Source: Candidatus Aminicenantales bacterium (GTDB lineage Bacteria; Acidobacteriota; Aminicenantia; Aminicenantales; UBA4085). From it: 64,000 bases of DNA. This document shows, one piece after another, positions 40,168-48,479 of this stretch. The notes beneath the pieces were generated by a model that saw nothing but the letters and a program-made list of their open reading frames with translations, searched no databases and was not told the origin of the DNA. The DNA lies in contig JBEKTZ010000001.1 in NCBI GenBank assembly GCA_049515535.1, forward strand, positions 392,599 through 456,598, in the 5' to 3' direction. The position numbers and the translations under genes were made by a program. Position 1 is the first letter of the stretch. Each line of letters begins with the position of its first letter.

Positions 40168-40196
40168 TTGTTCATTATGGTCATTTAGACTATAAT
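40168..40196 (+). promoter_or_regulatory. Toxin-antitoxin promoter with overlapping palindromic operator
   Basis: TTGTTC-17-TATAAT; inverted repeat ATTATGGTC-attta-GACTATAAT (8/9) covers the spacer and -10. Confidence 0.65.
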
Positions 40197-40212
40197 TATT
40201 TGGGAGAACGGA

Positions 40213-40491
40213 ATGAACGAAACCATGCCCATCACCGCGGCCAAGGCGAGACTTTCCGAGCTTGTCGGACGTCTTATGCATAGAGGAGATAAAATCTTCA
40301 TCACCAAAAAAGGCAAAAGCGTGGCCGTGCTCCTGCCTCTCGAAGCGTACGAGGACCTGACGAAGAAAGGACGACGAAGTCTCCTATCCGCCCGCTCCGC
40401 CCTGGCCGATCTGGACGCTGAAGTCGAGCGGATGTGCCGGGACGTCTATTCCGAGCGAGAAAGAGAGAAAGATCGCAACGTGACCTTCTGA
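40213..40491 (+). CDS. Type II antitoxin, Phd/YefM family
   Basis: ITAAKARLSELV...IFITKKGKSVAVL; TGATG overlap with the toxin. Confidence 0.88.
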   Translation: MNETMPITAAKARLSELVGRLMHRGDKIFITKKGKSVAVLLPLEAYEDLTKKGRRSLLSARSALADLDAEVERMCRDVYSEREREKDRNVTF

Positions 40492-40898
40492 TGTACCTTC
40501 TCGATACAGACGTCCTGAGTAATGTGGTTCGGAGAAAGCCGTCGCCCTCACTTCTGGCTCATTTGGCCAAGTGCCCCGGCGAGACGATCTTCACGACGGC
40601 GATCAATACCGCCGAAATCCACTACGGCGCGGCCCGGACGGAACACGGAGAGAGAATCCTTCAAGTGTTCGAGGAAAAAGTTTTTCCCTCTCTCACGATC
40701 CTGCCGTTCGACGCGGAAAGCGCCCGGATTTTCGGAAGATTGAAAGCCTCGCTCGAGAAACGGGGTGCGCCCCGGAGCGAACCGGACCTGAGGATCGCTG
40801 CAATCGCGCTCCAGCACAAATTTGTCCTTATCACCGGGAATGCGCGCCATTTCGAGGGAATTCCGCGCCTTGAAGTGGCGGATTGGATCAGCGGCTGA
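40491..40898 (+). CDS. vapC: Type II toxin, VapC/PIN-domain ribonuclease
   Basis: YLLDTDV, AEIHYG, DLRIAAIA, LITGNARHF. Confidence 0.9.
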   Translation: MYLLDTDVLSNVVRRKPSPSLLAHLAKCPGETIFTTAINTAEIHYGAARTEHGERILQVFEEKVFPSLTILPFDAESARIFGRLKASLEKRGAPRSEPDLRIAAIALQHKFVLITGNARHFEGIPRLEVADWISG

Positions 40899-40992
40899 TC
40901 GCGCCGCCTTTCCTAAGGGCGTCTTATTTGACGGACATATAAACCGAGTCGCATTCTCCCCCGTTCTTATCCAACGCCGTGATCACATGGGG

Positions 40993-41048
40993 CTGAATCG
41001 AGGCGAGCGCGAGCTGAATCGAGGGGGAATCGAGCCCCTGAATCGAGG
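40993..41048. repeat. Cluster of short direct repeats (GAATCGAG x4)
   Basis: CTGAATCGAGG at 40993, 41014 and 41038, plus GAATCGAG at 41027. Confidence 0.8.
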
Positions 41049-41257
41049 GAAAGCCCAAGGTAACTTATTAATTATTCACAAGATCGTCTGCATAAAGTCT
41101 CATTTTTCTTTCTAAAATAGCCGAAATAAAATAACCTTTTCCGGCGATCCGATATATAAATAATGTGAAGACCGAAGTGAGCTGCGCGGGAATCCCGGGC
41201 CCCCTGATCCTGGCTGGAACGGCGGGCCGGGGATTCACTCTTCCCGTTGTGAGGGAC

Positions 41258-41755
41258 ATGGACGAAAAGACCTCCTCCCAGGCCCTTTTTTGGGATTATT
41301 TGGCGCCCCTCAAGCCCAAGCTCTATAACTTCATCCTCAAATCCCTGAATTTTTCCCAGGACGCCGATGACGTCTTTCAGGAGACGGTCCTTCACAGCTT
41401 TCAATATTTTCGTTCATTCCGGAGGGAGAAGAATTTCAGCGCCTGGATCTTCTCGATCGCCCATAACGAAATCAGGAATCATTTCAAAAAAAGCCGCCGG
41501 CGCGAATCGCTTTTCGATCCCGAAACCGTCGCGGACGGCGTCGTGGACGCTTCGGACCGATTGGTGAGCGAGGTTTTCCGGTTCGCTGCCCGGCTGAAAC
41601 CCCGCGAGCGCGAAATCTTCTTCCTCTACTACGAGAGCGGTTTCTCGATCTCCGAAATAGCGGGGATCTCGGGATTGAAGGAAGGCCACATCAAGCTTCT
41701 TTTATTTCAGGCGCGGGCCGGCCTCAAAAAAATCATAGGAGCATCGAATGAGTGA
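41258..41755 (+). CDS. ECF RNA polymerase sigma factor
   Basis: DADDVFQET, FSAWIFSIAHN, LKPREREIFFL...SISEIA; start ATG 41258 after GAGGG. Confidence 0.88.
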   Translation: MDEKTSSQALFWDYLAPLKPKLYNFILKSLNFSQDADDVFQETVLHSFQYFRSFRREKNFSAWIFSIAHNEIRNHFKKSRRRESLFDPETVADGVVDASDRLVSEVFRFAARLKPREREIFFLYYESGFSISEIAGISGLKEGHIKLLLFQARAGLKKIIGASNE

Positions 41756-42077
41756 CGACAAGATTCTCGACGAACAGATTTCCAGGCTCGTCCGCAGCGT
41801 CGAGCGCACGGTCCCGCCCTTGGTAGAGACGAGGATACTTGCGGCGGCAGAAGGGCTGCGGCCTCGCGCCGGAATATCCTTTATGCGCCGGCCGCTGTGG
41901 TTGGCTCTGATCCCGGGCGCAGCCGCCGTGATTCTGGCCGCCCTATTCTGGCTTCCCATTTTTCAAAAACCGCGACAGCCGATCTCCGAGATCAGGACGG
42001 AATTCGAGCTTCCCGACAAAAACATAAAGATCATCTTTTTCCAAAAACCCGATTTCAATCTTTTCAAGGAGAATTGA
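41748..42077 (+). CDS. Putative single-TM anti-sigma factor
   Basis: Overlaps the sigma gene stop; short cytoplasmic N-terminus followed by a TM helix. Confidence 0.65.
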   Translation: MSDDKILDEQISRLVRSVERTVPPLVETRILAAAEGLRPRAGISFMRRPLWLALIPGAAAVILAALFWLPIFQKPRQPISEIRTEFELPDKNIKIIFFQKPDFNLFKEN

Positions 42078-42078
42078 T

Positions 42079-42939
42079 ATGAATAAAATCCTTAGATTTT
42101 CGGCTCTGGCCATCGTCATCTCTTTGTGGATCGCCTCGAGCGGCGCGGCCTTTTCCCTCTTCGCTCAAACGACGCCCATCCAAGCCCAGGGAGAGATCCA
42201 AAAAGCTTCCGATCAGGCTAAGGCGGAGGCCCAAACCAAGGACCAGAACGAGGCGAGAAAAGCCGGGCAGGCTCAAATCGAAGAGAACACGCCTGTGGTG
42301 AAATCGTACAGCCTGAAATTTATTAGCGCCTCGGAGTTCATGCGCTCCGCCAAATTCTATGTTCGTGAATATTCGGGCACTGAAACGACTTTGACCGTCA
42401 TGATCCTCAAAAAAAATATCCCTGATTTCGAAGCCCTCCTCAAAAAGCTCGACGTCGAAAAGAAAAACATACAGTTCCAGGTGTATACGATCGTCGCCTC
42501 AAAAGATGACTTGCCCGAGCGTTTCCAAAGCTATATCAAAAGCGAGACGAAGGAGATCACGGACAAGGATCTCAAAGCGGTCCTCGACGAATTGAAAGGC
42601 CTCTGGAATTTCAAGCACTACTGGATTGAAACGCCGTCGTTCCTGATGGCCAAGGACGGATCTGATTCCATTCATTCCAAATTGGTCAGCAGCCGCGATT
42701 TCGAATTGAACCTTCGCAATGTCCAGTTGCGAGGCGAAGAGTCCGGAAAACGGATCATTTCGGTCGGCGAGATCCAGCTTTCCCAGTCATCCAAGCAGAG
42801 CTTGATCTTTACGACCAATATCACATTCAAGGAAAAGGGGTATCTCGTTGTCGGCGTCAGCGGCGTTCAGACCGACTGGACATGGCCGGGTGAGCGCGGC
42901 GCGGCGCTCATCCTCATCATCAGCGCCGAGATAAAATAA
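42079..42939 (+). CDS. Exported hypothetical protein
   Basis: Signal peptide; YSLKFISA...FEALLKKLDVEKKNIQFQV resembles a secretin-N/NolW-like domain. Confidence 0.7.
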   Translation: MNKILRFSALAIVISLWIASSGAAFSLFAQTTPIQAQGEIQKASDQAKAEAQTKDQNEARKAGQAQIEENTPVVKSYSLKFISASEFMRSAKFYVREYSGTETTLTVMILKKNIPDFEALLKKLDVEKKNIQFQVYTIVASKDDLPERFQSYIKSETKEITDKDLKAVLDELKGLWNFKHYWIETPSFLMAKDGSDSIHSKLVSSRDFELNLRNVQLRGEESGKRIISVGEIQLSQSSKQSLIFTTNITFKEKGYLVVGVSGVQTDWTWPGERGAALILIISAEIK

Positions 42940-42969
42940 TCGCTCCCTTTCCCTCTCCTCGATTGAGAT

Positions 42970-43003
42970 GACGATGAGAGAGGCGGCCGCCTCTCTTATC
43001 GTC
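42970..43003. terminator. Hairpin between convergent genes (possible bidirectional terminator)
   Basis: GACGATGAGAGAGGCG-gc-CGCCTCTCTTATCGTC. Confidence 0.55.
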
Positions 43004-43016
43004 CACTCGCATCCAC

Positions 43017-43793
43017 TTACCTCTTCTGCTGCGGCTGAGGCGGTCGCTGCCAAACGATCTTCATGTTCTGCTTGCCGCGCGTCGTGATCTCGGGATTGAT
43101 ATCGAGCTTGCAGAGGGCGGGCTTGTTGCCGATATCGACCAATGCGGCGTAGGCCAGTTTCGTCGATTTCAGCATCTTCTGGTAATCGATCCTCTCCTCG
43201 AGATCGGTCTCCTGGTGGTAGTCTTCGGTCGTCCCGCAGAAGAGCCACACGCCGGGAATGCCGTAGCGGATGTAGGGATACTGGTCGCTGCGGAAGAAGA
43301 ACCGGTTCGGCTCGCCGGGGTCCTCGTATTTATAATCCAGCTTGAACCCGACATACTTGGCGTTCATATCCTGGATGCTCTTGTCGAACTCCTTGCTGAG
43401 CTTGTTCAAACCGATGATGTAGAGGCTGTTCGGGTCGTTGCGGGAAACCATGTCGAGGTTGATGTTGGCGCTGATCTTCTCCACGGGGACCGGGCAGTGC
43501 TGGACGAAATAGTAGGACCCGATGAGGCCCTTCTCCTCCGCCGTGTTCCAGACGAAGATGATCGAGCGTTTCGGCCGCTCCGCCATGATGAGCGCGATGT
43601 ATTTCGCGGCGATGTCGTCCTCGACCGACGGGGCGCTCCGTCCCTGGAATTCCTTGGAGGCCAGGAACTGCATGTGGAACTTCATGTCCTCGATTGAGAT
43701 CGCCTTGAGCCCTTTGGATTGAGCGCCCGCGAAGCCGGCGATCAGAATGACCGTCGTGAGGAAAACGAAAAAGCGGATTTTGCGGAATCCCAT
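43017..43793 (-). pseudogene. M28 aminopeptidase, internally deleted but in frame
   Basis: N-terminal LASKEFQGR...AAKYIA joins directly to RPKRSIIFVWNTAEEKGLIGS; the HxD and ADD zinc-ligand motifs are missing. Confidence 0.7.
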
Positions 43794-43860
43794 GATAGAC
43801 CCTCCTTTTCAAACGGATTCGAACGCGATGGAAAAAGCTATAATAACCCTCGCGTTTTTG

Positions 43861-45261
43861 TCAAATCCGCGAGGCCGTGATGGCCGCCGTTTTTTTGGAT
43901 TGGACGGCGGCGATCAATCTCTCGATCTCGTCGATCTCCTTGGGCACTCCCCTGCTCAGGACTTCGCAGCCGGACTTCGTGATCAGGACCGTGTCCTCGA
44001 TACGGATGCCGATGTTTTTCTCCGGATAATATAGCGCCGGCTCGATGGCAAAGACCATGCCTTCCTGGAGCGGCAGCCCCCGCGGACCGACGTCGTGGAC
44101 GGACAAACCGACGAAGTGCCCCACCTCGCCCGTCAATCCGCGGCTGTTGATCTTTTTCTTTTTCAAATAATGATCCACAGATTTGGCCACGTCCTCGGAT
44201 GTAACGCCCGGCCGGTAGGCTTCGATACACGCCTTCTCGACTTCGAGCACGATCTGATAGACTTCGCGCTGTTCTTTCGTGAACTTGCCGCTGGCCGGCC
44301 AGGTCCGGGTGATATCCATGCAGAGATGATCGAGGTCGGCGCCGAAGTCCATGAGGATGAGATCGATATCCCCCATCCGCCGCATGTTCTTGTCATAATG
44401 CTGGATGCACGTATTGGGCCCCGAACCGACGATCGGGGGGTAGGCCGCGCCGCGCGCGCCTCCTTTCAGGATAATCTGCATGGCCGCGGCTTCGAGCTCG
44501 TATTCGAAGACTCCGGGATGGGTTTCCTGCATGGCCTGCTTGACGGCCTCGGCGCTGAGCTTGCCGTTGCGCCGCAAGATCGCGATCTCTTCGGGCGTTT
44601 TGATGACGCGGAGCGCGTCGATGTGGGTCGTGACATCCTTGAACTCGAGCGCCGGATAGCGCTCCCTGAGTTTCAGGATGCGATAATCGTCGAGTGAGAT
44701 CTGGTCGTTATAATGCGTCCGGTTCTTCCGGGCGATGAAGATGGCCGTCTCGCTCCGCTCGTTATCTATGGTATCGGCCGGCCTCAGCCGGAGCCAGGTC
44801 GTGGCGAAATCTCGCATGTACCGAGCGATGAACTCGTCGAGAAAGCTCAATTCGTAGATGCCGGTCAGGCCGAGACTTTCCCGCGCCCTGGGATCCCTCA
44901 GAAAATTCGGGCCTTCCATCATTTCCTCGCGCGTAGTCTGGCGCGGTAAAAAGAGATGGGACTCTTTCGTCTTCGCGTTCATGATCAATACGGCGTTCAG
45001 ATCCTCGACGCCGGAGAAATAAAAGAAATCGTTGTCCTGCCGGAAATGCGCCCCGGCCTGAGGCATCGCTTCGCCGAAGAGGATGACCATTCCTTCCTTG
45101 ATCCTGTCGGCGAGGGCTGCCCGGCGCCTGACGAAATCGTCCTTCGTGTAGCCCGTACGCTGGGCGAAGGACGTCCGGAAAATGAGAATGGACAGCAAAA
45201 ATAAAAGCATGGCCTTTAAGACTATTTTTTTATGCATTTTCACGCTCCCAATGGGCGACAC
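43861..45261 (-). CDS. Exported Xaa-Pro aminopeptidase (M24B)
   Basis: FRQDNDFFYFSG, MDFGA...DITRTWP, GHFVGLSVHD, EPALY, IRIEDTV; signal peptide. Start may be 45237. Confidence 0.9.
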   Translation of the reverse strand: MSPIGSVKMHKKIVLKAMLLFLLSILIFRTSFAQRTGYTKDDFVRRRAALADRIKEGMVILFGEAMPQAGAHFRQDNDFFYFSGVEDLNAVLIMNAKTKESHLFLPRQTTREEMMEGPNFLRDPRARESLGLTGIYELSFLDEFIARYMRDFATTWLRLRPADTIDNERSETAIFIARKNRTHYNDQISLDDYRILKLRERYPALEFKDVTTHIDALRVIKTPEEIAILRRNGKLSAEAVKQAMQETHPGVFEYELEAAAMQIILKGGARGAAYPPIVGSGPNTCIQHYDKNMRRMGDIDLILMDFGADLDHLCMDITRTWPASGKFTKEQREVYQIVLEVEKACIEAYRPGVTSEDVAKSVDHYLKKKKINSRGLTGEVGHFVGLSVHDVGPRGLPLQEGMVFAIEPALYYPEKNIGIRIEDTVLITKSGCEVLSRGVPKEIDEIERLIAAVQSKKTAAITASRI

Positions 45262-45296
45262 AATAGATATATCATTGAAAAATCTAAGTCAAATTT

Positions 45297-45401
45297 CAGT
45301 AAACAGCAAACAGTAATCAGTGATCAGTAAACAGTGATCAGTAAACAGTGATCAGTAAACAGTTATCAGTTAACAGTTTACAGTTCACTGTTTACAGTTT
45401 A
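45297..45401. repeat. Tandem heptamer array, 15 x CAGTNNW-like units
   Basis: cagtaaa cagcaaa cagtaat cagtgat cagtaaa cagtgat cagtaaa cagtgat cagtaaa cagttat cagttaa cagttta cagttca ctgttta cagttta. Confidence 0.92.
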
Positions 45402-45553
45402 CAATTTTTTTCCCAGGATCAGCGCAGCCGAACGAGCAAACCAACGCTTACCGACAGATATTTCCAGTTCTCGGCCGCGACCGCTCCCAGCGAAAGGACG
45501 AGGATAGCGGCCGCAAGGGCCGCATCGGCAACCGATATGGCCCGCGGACTTCG

Positions 45554-46711
45554 CTATTTTCTTATGCGGCCTCGGACGGACTCCTCGTCCTTTTTTTGGC
45601 GCTCGTTCAGCGCTTGTTTTTCCTTGGAGTGCTGCGACTTGAGGTCCGTAACCGTGGTCTCGAGCTCTTTCTGTATCTTATCGCGCTCTTCCGCGTTTCT
45701 GCCCCGCCGCAGCCGGACGTCGAACTGCTGCCGCAGATCCCGGAGCTCGCCGGCCTGGCTTCGCTCGAGCACCGACTGTTCCTCGAGATGGCGCTTGTGA
45801 ATGATATCCGTCTCTCCGGCATTGGGCTGCCACGACAAAGGCGGCTCGTAGATCTTGCTGTCGCCGAGCACCCGGCGGGCCTCGCCGGAATCGAGTGTGT
45901 CTTTCGGCCGCGCGGATTCGTCCTTCCGGATATCGGGCCGATAGATCCGCACCTGGCCGCTGTCCACCTGGGCCGGGCCGGCCTGGCGGGAATCAAGGAC
46001 CACGTGCCGCTCGATCTGCCGGCGGGTGACGCTCCGGACGATGTTCAAGTCCGGCCCCTCGTTGAAGATCCGGTTGTTCCGGTCGTAGATGTTGGTCCGC
46101 AGGTCAGTGTTGCGGATGATGGTCATGTTGCGTTCGGGCGGGATGATCCGATCACCCAGTCGCAGTTCCAGAAAATCGCGGCCCTCGACGAACATCCAGA
46201 AATGGCCGGGCATCTCAAAGGGCAGCCGCCGGATCCCCATCCCGCGCTCGAATTCGACGCCGGGCGGAAGGGGCGCCCAGCCGAAGTACAAGCTGCTCGT
46301 GCGCCATGTGACCCAGGCGGAGCCCCAGACCGTGCCCGGGACCCAATACCATCCGATCTCGTCGTCCCACCCCCAGCGGCCGTAATGGAAGGGAACCCAG
46401 CCCCATTCGTATTCCGAAATCCACGTCCAGCCGTAGTCGGTCCAGACCCAGCGGCCGTCGGCGTACGGCCGCCAGCGGTAGCCCATGTGCCGGGGGATCC
46501 AAACGTAGCCGTGGGGCCGCAGCGTGATCCAGCTGCCGAAGGGCGCCAGATAATCATAGAAATAGGAAACGTCCCTGGCGAGATTTGGGCCTCCCCGGTT
46601 GTCGTAGGGCCCGCTTCGGGGATACGGCCGGTCATAGCCGGGGTTCCAAGCGATGCAGGTCGAAAAGACGAGGACGATCATTGGAAGCCAAAGCCAAAGA
46701 CGTTTTTTCAT
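45554..46711 (-). CDS. Exported Trp/Gly-rich protein, DUF6600-like, with C-terminal coiled coil
   Basis: FYDYLAPFGSW, WRPYADGRW, WGWVPFHYGRW, WAPLPP. Confidence 0.8.
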   Translation of the reverse strand: MKKRLWLWLPMIVLVFSTCIAWNPGYDRPYPRSGPYDNRGGPNLARDVSYFYDYLAPFGSWITLRPHGYVWIPRHMGYRWRPYADGRWVWTDYGWTWISEYEWGWVPFHYGRWGWDDEIGWYWVPGTVWGSAWVTWRTSSLYFGWAPLPPGVEFERGMGIRRLPFEMPGHFWMFVEGRDFLELRLGDRIIPPERNMTIIRNTDLRTNIYDRNNRIFNEGPDLNIVRSVTRRQIERHVVLDSRQAGPAQVDSGQVRIYRPDIRKDESARPKDTLDSGEARRVLGDSKIYEPPLSWQPNAGETDIIHKRHLEEQSVLERSQAGELRDLRQQFDVRLRRGRNAEERDKIQKELETTVTDLKSQHSKEKQALNERQKKDEESVRGRIRK

Positions 46712-46906
46712 CGGCGTTCTCCTTCCTTGACTTATGCTATTTTAAACTAAACAGGAGAAAAAATCTTGGAAAGCGGATCCGGGGGGATCGCCTGGAGTTT
46801 TGATATCGTTATCGCCCTAAGGACAAGGCGCTTGACTTCCACCTCCGAGGAAGATAGATTTTCGCTAGGACGGAATACCAATCCAATCCGGGAGGGAGGG
46901 CTCATT

Positions 46907-48184
46907 ATGAAGCGAAAGGATTTCTTCAAAGGGACGGCGGCGATTATTGGCAGCCTGGCGATGGCGCGGAACATGAAACCGGCCGAATTGGGCCGCATGC
47001 TCAGCCTCACCGCGGGCGACGACGAGGAATATTTCTGGAAGCTGGTCCGGGACCAGTTCATCCTGGACCCGGATTGGACCTTCCTGAACTTCGGCGGGCT
47101 CGGCTCCAGTCCCCTCCCCGTCCTCAAGTGCTTCGACGAATGGAGCCGGAGCGAAGAGCGGGCCCCGAACGCCGGCCACGACGAAAAGGAGTGGATGAGC
47201 GTCAAGGAGAAGCTGGCCGCGGTGCTGGGCAAGACCCTCCGCAAGGAAGACCTGGGCCTCATCGACTGCGCCACGCACGGCATCAACATGATCGTCAACG
47301 GCCTCCCGCTCAAGAAGGGCGACGAGGTCATCACCTCGACCCACGAGCACGTGGCCCTGCACACGGCGCTCCTCAACCGCATGCAGCGGGACGGCATTGT
47401 CATCCGCATCTTCGAGCCCGACAAAGTGTCGGGCCTGACCAATGTCGACCGGATCGCGAGTCTCATCAATCCCCGGACGCGCCTGATCTTCGTCAGCCAC
47501 GTCACCTGCACGACCGGCCAGCGCTTTCCGGACAAGGAAATCGCGCAGCTCGCCCGCTCCAAGGGCATCTGGTTCGCCCTGGACGGCGCCCAGGCGCCCA
47601 TCTGCGTCCCGCTCGACATCGGCGAGATCGGGGTGGATTTCTACACCTGCAGCACCCACAAATGGCTCATGGGGCCCAAGCGGACGGGGTTCATTTATGT
47701 CCGGAAGGAAATGCTCGACGTTCTCCGGCCGGTCACGGTCGGCGCCGGCTCCAACAAGGGTTACGACATCCGCAAGATGGAGTTCACGATCCACCCTACG
47801 GTCCAGCGCTTTGAATTCGGAACGCAAAATGACGCCCTCTTCTACGGTCTGGGCAAAGCGATCGATTTTGTCACGACCATCGGGATCGACCGCATCTGGA
47901 AGCACAACCACGCCCTGGCCGAGCGTTTCTACAACGGCCTGAAGGAGATCCCCGGCGCCGAGATCGTGTCCCCCGAGGAAGAGATTTACCGGACGGCGAT
48001 GATCAGCTTCAAGATGAAGACGGTCGATTACACGAAGGTCAACGAGCACCTGGCCAAGGACAAGATCCGCGTTCGGACGGTGGGCGAAGGCGGTTGCAAC
48101 TGCATCCGCGTCTCGTTCCACATCTGCAACCACGACGGCGAAGTCACCAAGATCCTGGATTCCCTGAAAAAGCTGGCCGGCTGA
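46907..48184 (+). CDS. Class V PLP-dependent aminotransferase-like protein with Tat-like signal
   Basis: DGAQ and STHKWLMGP (PLP Lys), FEFGT; N-terminal MKRKDFFK; upstream TTGACT-17-TAGATT. Confidence 0.85.
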   Translation: MKRKDFFKGTAAIIGSLAMARNMKPAELGRMLSLTAGDDEEYFWKLVRDQFILDPDWTFLNFGGLGSSPLPVLKCFDEWSRSEERAPNAGHDEKEWMSVKEKLAAVLGKTLRKEDLGLIDCATHGINMIVNGLPLKKGDEVITSTHEHVALHTALLNRMQRDGIVIRIFEPDKVSGLTNVDRIASLINPRTRLIFVSHVTCTTGQRFPDKEIAQLARSKGIWFALDGAQAPICVPLDIGEIGVDFYTCSTHKWLMGPKRTGFIYVRKEMLDVLRPVTVGAGSNKGYDIRKMEFTIHPTVQRFEFGTQNDALFYGLGKAIDFVTTIGIDRIWKHNHALAERFYNGLKEIPGAEIVSPEEEIYRTAMISFKMKTVDYTKVNEHLAKDKIRVRTVGEGGCNCIRVSFHICNHDGEVTKILDSLKKLAG

Positions 48185-48301
48185 CAAAAGAAATTCAGGC
48201 CTCGGAAAAATGAAAATCATTTCCCTCGACCCGCCTTCGATCACGGTCAGAGTGAATCCTGACCGTAATACAGTTTCGGGGACATGATTCCCTGTCCCCA
48301 T

Positions 48302-48330
48302 TTGACATGATGTTTTTTTCTTAATATTGT
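48302..48330 (+). promoter_or_regulatory. Sigma70-type promoter of the DUF6599-DUF362-LVIVD-hydrolase run
   Basis: TTGACA-17-TATTGT. Confidence 0.55.
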
Positions 48331-48338
48331 ATGAGGGA

Positions 48339-48457
48339 CGTCCGCGAGTCAAGGGATGAGCCTTCGGCTCGCCACTCGCCCGTAGCTTATATCGACGGGC
48401 GAGTACGGCGGAAGTGGACCCCCGGGCAAAGCCCGGGGCCCCCAGCCGCCGCGGACG
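48339..48457. repeat. Palindromic element, long copy (three hairpins, 8-bp terminal inverted repeat)
   Basis: CGTCCGCG...CGCGGACG ends; hairpins GAGCC-TTC-GGCTC, ACTCGCCCGT...ACGGGCGAGT and CCCCGGGC-AAA-GCCCGGGG; homologous to 20881-20950. Confidence 0.8.
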
Positions 48458-48479
48458 AACCGAGGCGAGAACGGCGGCT

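Noticed and set aside
45297..45401. Possible CRISPR array
   Set aside because: It is a 7-nt tandem period with no unique spacers, and there are no cas genes in the window.
45554..45556. Pyrrolysine recoding of the TAG
   Set aside because: No pyl genes or tRNA-Pyl in the window, and other genes here end normally at TAG.
48259..48274. LexA (SOS) box suggested by CTG...CAG
   Set aside because: The spacing is N9 rather than N10, and the motif is part of a larger repeat not associated with repair genes.
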